Below, one piece after another: positions 53,655 to 55,149 of a DNA stretch of 55,149 bases. Each line of letters begins with the position of its first letter. Position 1 is the stretch's first letter. The stretch is from Candidatus Saccharimonadales bacterium. Lineage in GTDB: Bacteria > Patescibacteriota > Saccharimonadia > UBA4664 > SCTI01. A program made the translations under genes and the position numbers. The notes under the pieces are model-generated. The model saw only the letters and a program-made list of their open reading frames with translations. It was not told the DNA's origin and searched no databases. The stretch covers positions 1-55,149 of the forward strand of contig DATIII010000003.1 in NCBI GenBank assembly GCA_035479795.1. The letters run 5' to 3'.

Positions 53655-54872
53655 TTGCCAAGTTTTAGTTACACCGCCAAGGATAAGTCGGGCCAGGTCA
53701 TCAAAGGCAATGTTTCTGGCATGGATAAATCTGCAGCCGTAGCCAGTCTACAGGAAAAAGGCCTGAGCCCTATACTCGTCAAGGATAGTAGTGATAAACC
53801 CAGTACGGGACTGAAACTCGGAAACTTTCACCTGGGTGGCAAGGTCAAGCTGACCGATAAAGTTATTTTTTCACGCCAGTTCGCCACCATGGTCAATGCC
53901 GGCGTACCAATCACTCAATCCCTTTCAATCCTGCGCGAGCAAGCCACTTCAAAGCCTTTAAAGAGCGCCCTGGCCGATGCCGGCAAGCGAGTGGAGGGTG
54001 GCTCAACCCTCAGCGCGGCCCTGGCTGAGCACCCCCGCATCTTTTCGCCAATTTATATCAATATGGTCAAAGCCGGCGAAGCCGGTGGGCTTTTAGATGA
54101 AGTGCTGGAACGACTAGCCGTCCAGCAGGAAAAGGACGCCGAAATCGTTGGTAAGGTTAAAAGCGCTATGATCTACCCCGCCGTGATTACGACGGTGACA
54201 GTGGCCGCCTTTATTTTTTTAATGACGGTGATCGTGCCAAAACTGGCAGTTATCTTTGAAGGCCTAGGCAGTAGCCTGCCTTGGTATACCAAGCTAATGC
54301 TCTCCATCTCAGGTGCGCTGACCCACTTTGGCATATTTATTGCTCTGGGTGTAGGAGGAGCTGGCTATGTTTTCTACCGCTTTATTAAAACTCCAACTGG
54401 GAAAAAAGGCTTTGACACCTTCCTGACCCACGCGCCGATCGCCGGCCCAATTGTGGTTAAAATGAATGTAGCTCGGTTTGCTCGCACCTTTGGCTCACTT
54501 ATGGCCTCAGGTATTTCGGTGCTTGACGCTCTCAACGCCACATCCACGGCCCTTAATAACAATGTTTTCAAACACGCTCTGGGCGAGATTGGCAAAGACG
54601 TAAAGGCAGGCAAGACCATCTCGGAACCCCTAAAAAAGTTTAAAGTCTTTCCTCCGATAGTCAGCCAGATGATTGCTGTGGGCGAGGAAACCGGCCAGCT
54701 TGACTCTATCCTAACTAAGTTGGCCGACTTCTATGAAAAGGAAGTCGACGCTGTGATCGCCGGTATTACATCGATCATCGAGCCGGTACTTATCATCGTG
54801 CTGGGCGGCATGGTGGGCTTTATTGTCATCTCGGTCTTCGGCCCGCTGGCGGCCCTCAACAACGCTGTCTGA
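53655..54872 (+). CDS. pilC: Type IV pilus platform protein PilC (GspF family)
   Basis: FSRQFATMVNAGVP, AGEAGG.L, YP.V, VGEETGQLD, IEP. Confidence 0.95.
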   Translation: MPSFSYTAKDKSGQVIKGNVSGMDKSAAVASLQEKGLSPILVKDSSDKPSTGLKLGNFHLGGKVKLTDKVIFSRQFATMVNAGVPITQSLSILREQATSKPLKSALADAGKRVEGGSTLSAALAEHPRIFSPIYINMVKAGEAGGLLDEVLERLAVQQEKDAEIVGKVKSAMIYPAVITTVTVAAFIFLMTVIVPKLAVIFEGLGSSLPWYTKLMLSISGALTHFGIFIALGVGGAGYVFYRFIKTPTGKKGFDTFLTHAPIAGPIVVKMNVARFARTFGSLMASGISVLDALNATSTALNNNVFKHALGEIGKDVKAGKTISEPLKKFKVFPPIVSQMIAVGEETGQLDSILTKLADFYEKEVDAVIAGITSIIEPVLIIVLGGMVGFIVISVFGPLAALNNAV

Positions 54873-54892
54873 TTCGCATCCCGGGCTTTTAC

Positions 54893-54922
54893 TTGACAGT
54901 TTTAAGCATAAGCACGTACAAT
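54893..54922 (+). promoter_or_regulatory. Sigma70-type promoter of the pilin gene with TAAGCATAAGC in the spacer
   Basis: TTGACA-18 nt-TACAAT; AGGAGGTGA SD downstream. Confidence 0.7.
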
Positions 54923-54996
54923 TACCTCAACTAAAGCATTCATGCTTTGTTGTCACATTTTTTAAATTATAAAAATATTAGGAGGTGAGCACTCAC

Positions 54997-55149
54997 ATGA
55001 GTAGACTCTTAAAGAAGCAATCCGGTTTCACCCTGTTGGAACTGCTGATCGTGGTCGTCATTATCGGTATCTTGGCGGTCCTGATCATCCCTAACCTGGC
55101 CAGTGGCCCACAGCGAGCCCGTGACTCGCAACGTAAGAGTGACCTGCGT
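54997..55149 (+). CDS. Type IV pilin (partial; runs off the window end)
   Basis: Hand translation MSRLLKKQSG|FTLLELLIVVVIIGILAVLIIP...ARDSQRKSDLR; prepilin peptidase site and E5. Confidence 0.93.
   Translation, partial: MSRLLKKQSGFTLLELLIVVVIIGILAVLIIPNLASGPQRARDSQRKSDLR

Noticed and set aside
1-55149. CRISPR array or cas genes
   Set aside because: No run of equal-length direct repeats with unique spacers and no Cas-like ORF; the repeats found are dispersed or heptameric
1-55149. Alternative genetic code (TGA=Gly, as in Gracilibacteria/Absconditabacteria)
   Set aside because: Conserved genes are full length under the standard code, and some genes, e.g. pilC and pilB, end in TGA

Overview
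Chromosomal segment of a small-genome Patescibacteria (CPR) bacterium, most likely Saccharimonadia. This is inferred from the C-terminally truncated AlaRS, short MetRS, compact TsaB, the G5-rsmA-metG-tatD neighbourhood, rny-ymdB-hup and a pilB-pilC-pilin locus. TGA serves as a stop, so the standard bacterial code applies. The backbone carries translation and tRNA-modification genes, pcrA, pyk-pgk-tpiA, eight tRNA genes and type IV pilus genes, interspersed with small accessory islets. No CRISPR array, rRNA, integrase or transposase was seen. The most interesting observations are: (1) a locus combining a pyruvoyl arginine decarboxylase, a DUF2156 tRNA-dependent transferase-like protein and an EamA exporter with a split 7TM/small-protein/GAF-kinase/receiver sensing operon, a candidate make-export-sense signalling system; (2) two homologous ~150-nt structured elements attached to different tRNA genes, each ending in a 19-nt copy of its own tRNA 3' end; (3) a recurrent promoter-associated AGCATAAG motif; (4) several dispersed structured-repeat families; (5) orphan DNA-binding or transcription-related proteins in islets. 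All family assignments come from motif recognition by eye, with no database searches.
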